Assembly (NCBI GenBank): GCA_903861445.1
Contig: CAIOUK010000072.1
Span: forward strand, 1-33,883
DNA from: an uncultured Verrucomicrobia subdivision 3 bacterium
GTDB lineage: Bacteria > Verrucomicrobiota > Verrucomicrobiia > Limisphaerales > UBA11358
DNA: 33,883 bases
Reading direction: 5' to 3'
Below, piece after piece: positions 33,822 to 33,883 of this stretch (position 1 is the first letter of the stretch; each line of letters opens with the position of its first letter). The notes below the pieces were generated by a model. It saw nothing but the letters and a program-made list of their open reading frames with translations. It searched no databases and had not been told where the DNA came from. Made by a program: the position numbers and the translations under genes.

Positions 33822-33883
33822 ATGCAAACGCTCGTCGAAGATTTTCTGCAATACCTGCGGCACGAGCGCGGCCAGTCGGATAA
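33822..33883 (+). CDS. xerD: Tyrosine recombinase XerD/XerC, N-terminal fragment (runs off the window)
   Basis: MQTLVEDFLQYLRHERGQSD.. matches the F..YL..ERG.S.NT start of Xer recombinases; only 20 codons are visible. Confidence 0.65.
   Translation, partial: MQTLVEDFLQYLRHERGQSD

Noticed and set aside
33822-33883. Tyrosine recombinase as the integrase of a tRNA-anchored island
   Set aside because: It looks like housekeeping XerD/XerC, lies beyond a core helicase gene, and no duplicated tRNA 3' end was found by eye.
1-33883. CRISPR array, IS elements, prophage, reverse transcriptase or defence genes
   Set aside because: No regularly spaced repeats and no transposase, RT, nuclease or phage motifs were seen in any frame.

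Overview
Bacterial chromosomal window, GC-rich. Gene content and protein style suggest Verrucomicrobiota/PVC (inference). Housekeeping flanks: on the left, partial rpmE, a putative lipoprotein, a radical SAM protein, tRNA-Gln(TTG), a GntR/LacI-hybrid regulator and tRNA-Arg(CCT); on the right, a frameshifted pilin-like gene, a DEAD-box helicase and the start of xerD. Between them (about 3.9-32.05 kb) is a 28-kb, all-plus-strand cluster of mostly secreted glycan-degrading proteins: a sulfatase-SGNH fusion, a SASA/CE6-like esterase, a Tat-exported GH63-like hydrolase, an SGNH esterase, GH127, GH78, GH2 and GH106, plus a cytoplasmic SDR-uxuA pair. No transporter is present. Four observations stand out. 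(1) Two paralogous secreted proteins have a transglutaminase/papain-like Cys-His-Asn core and a CBM-like C-terminal domain. (2) A repeated ECF-sigma-like promoter motif, TGTAAC-N16-18-CGTC, precedes both paralogs and the first gene of the cluster. (3) A 1578-aa DUF6288-like modular protein has a strong Thr-Asn dipeptide bias (44 TN vs 6 NT by hand count) and a probable C-terminal sorting domain. (4) There are several decayed or frameshifted genes and AT-rich patches inside coding sequences. No CRISPR array, transposase or phage gene was seen. All family calls come from motif recognition, not database searches.
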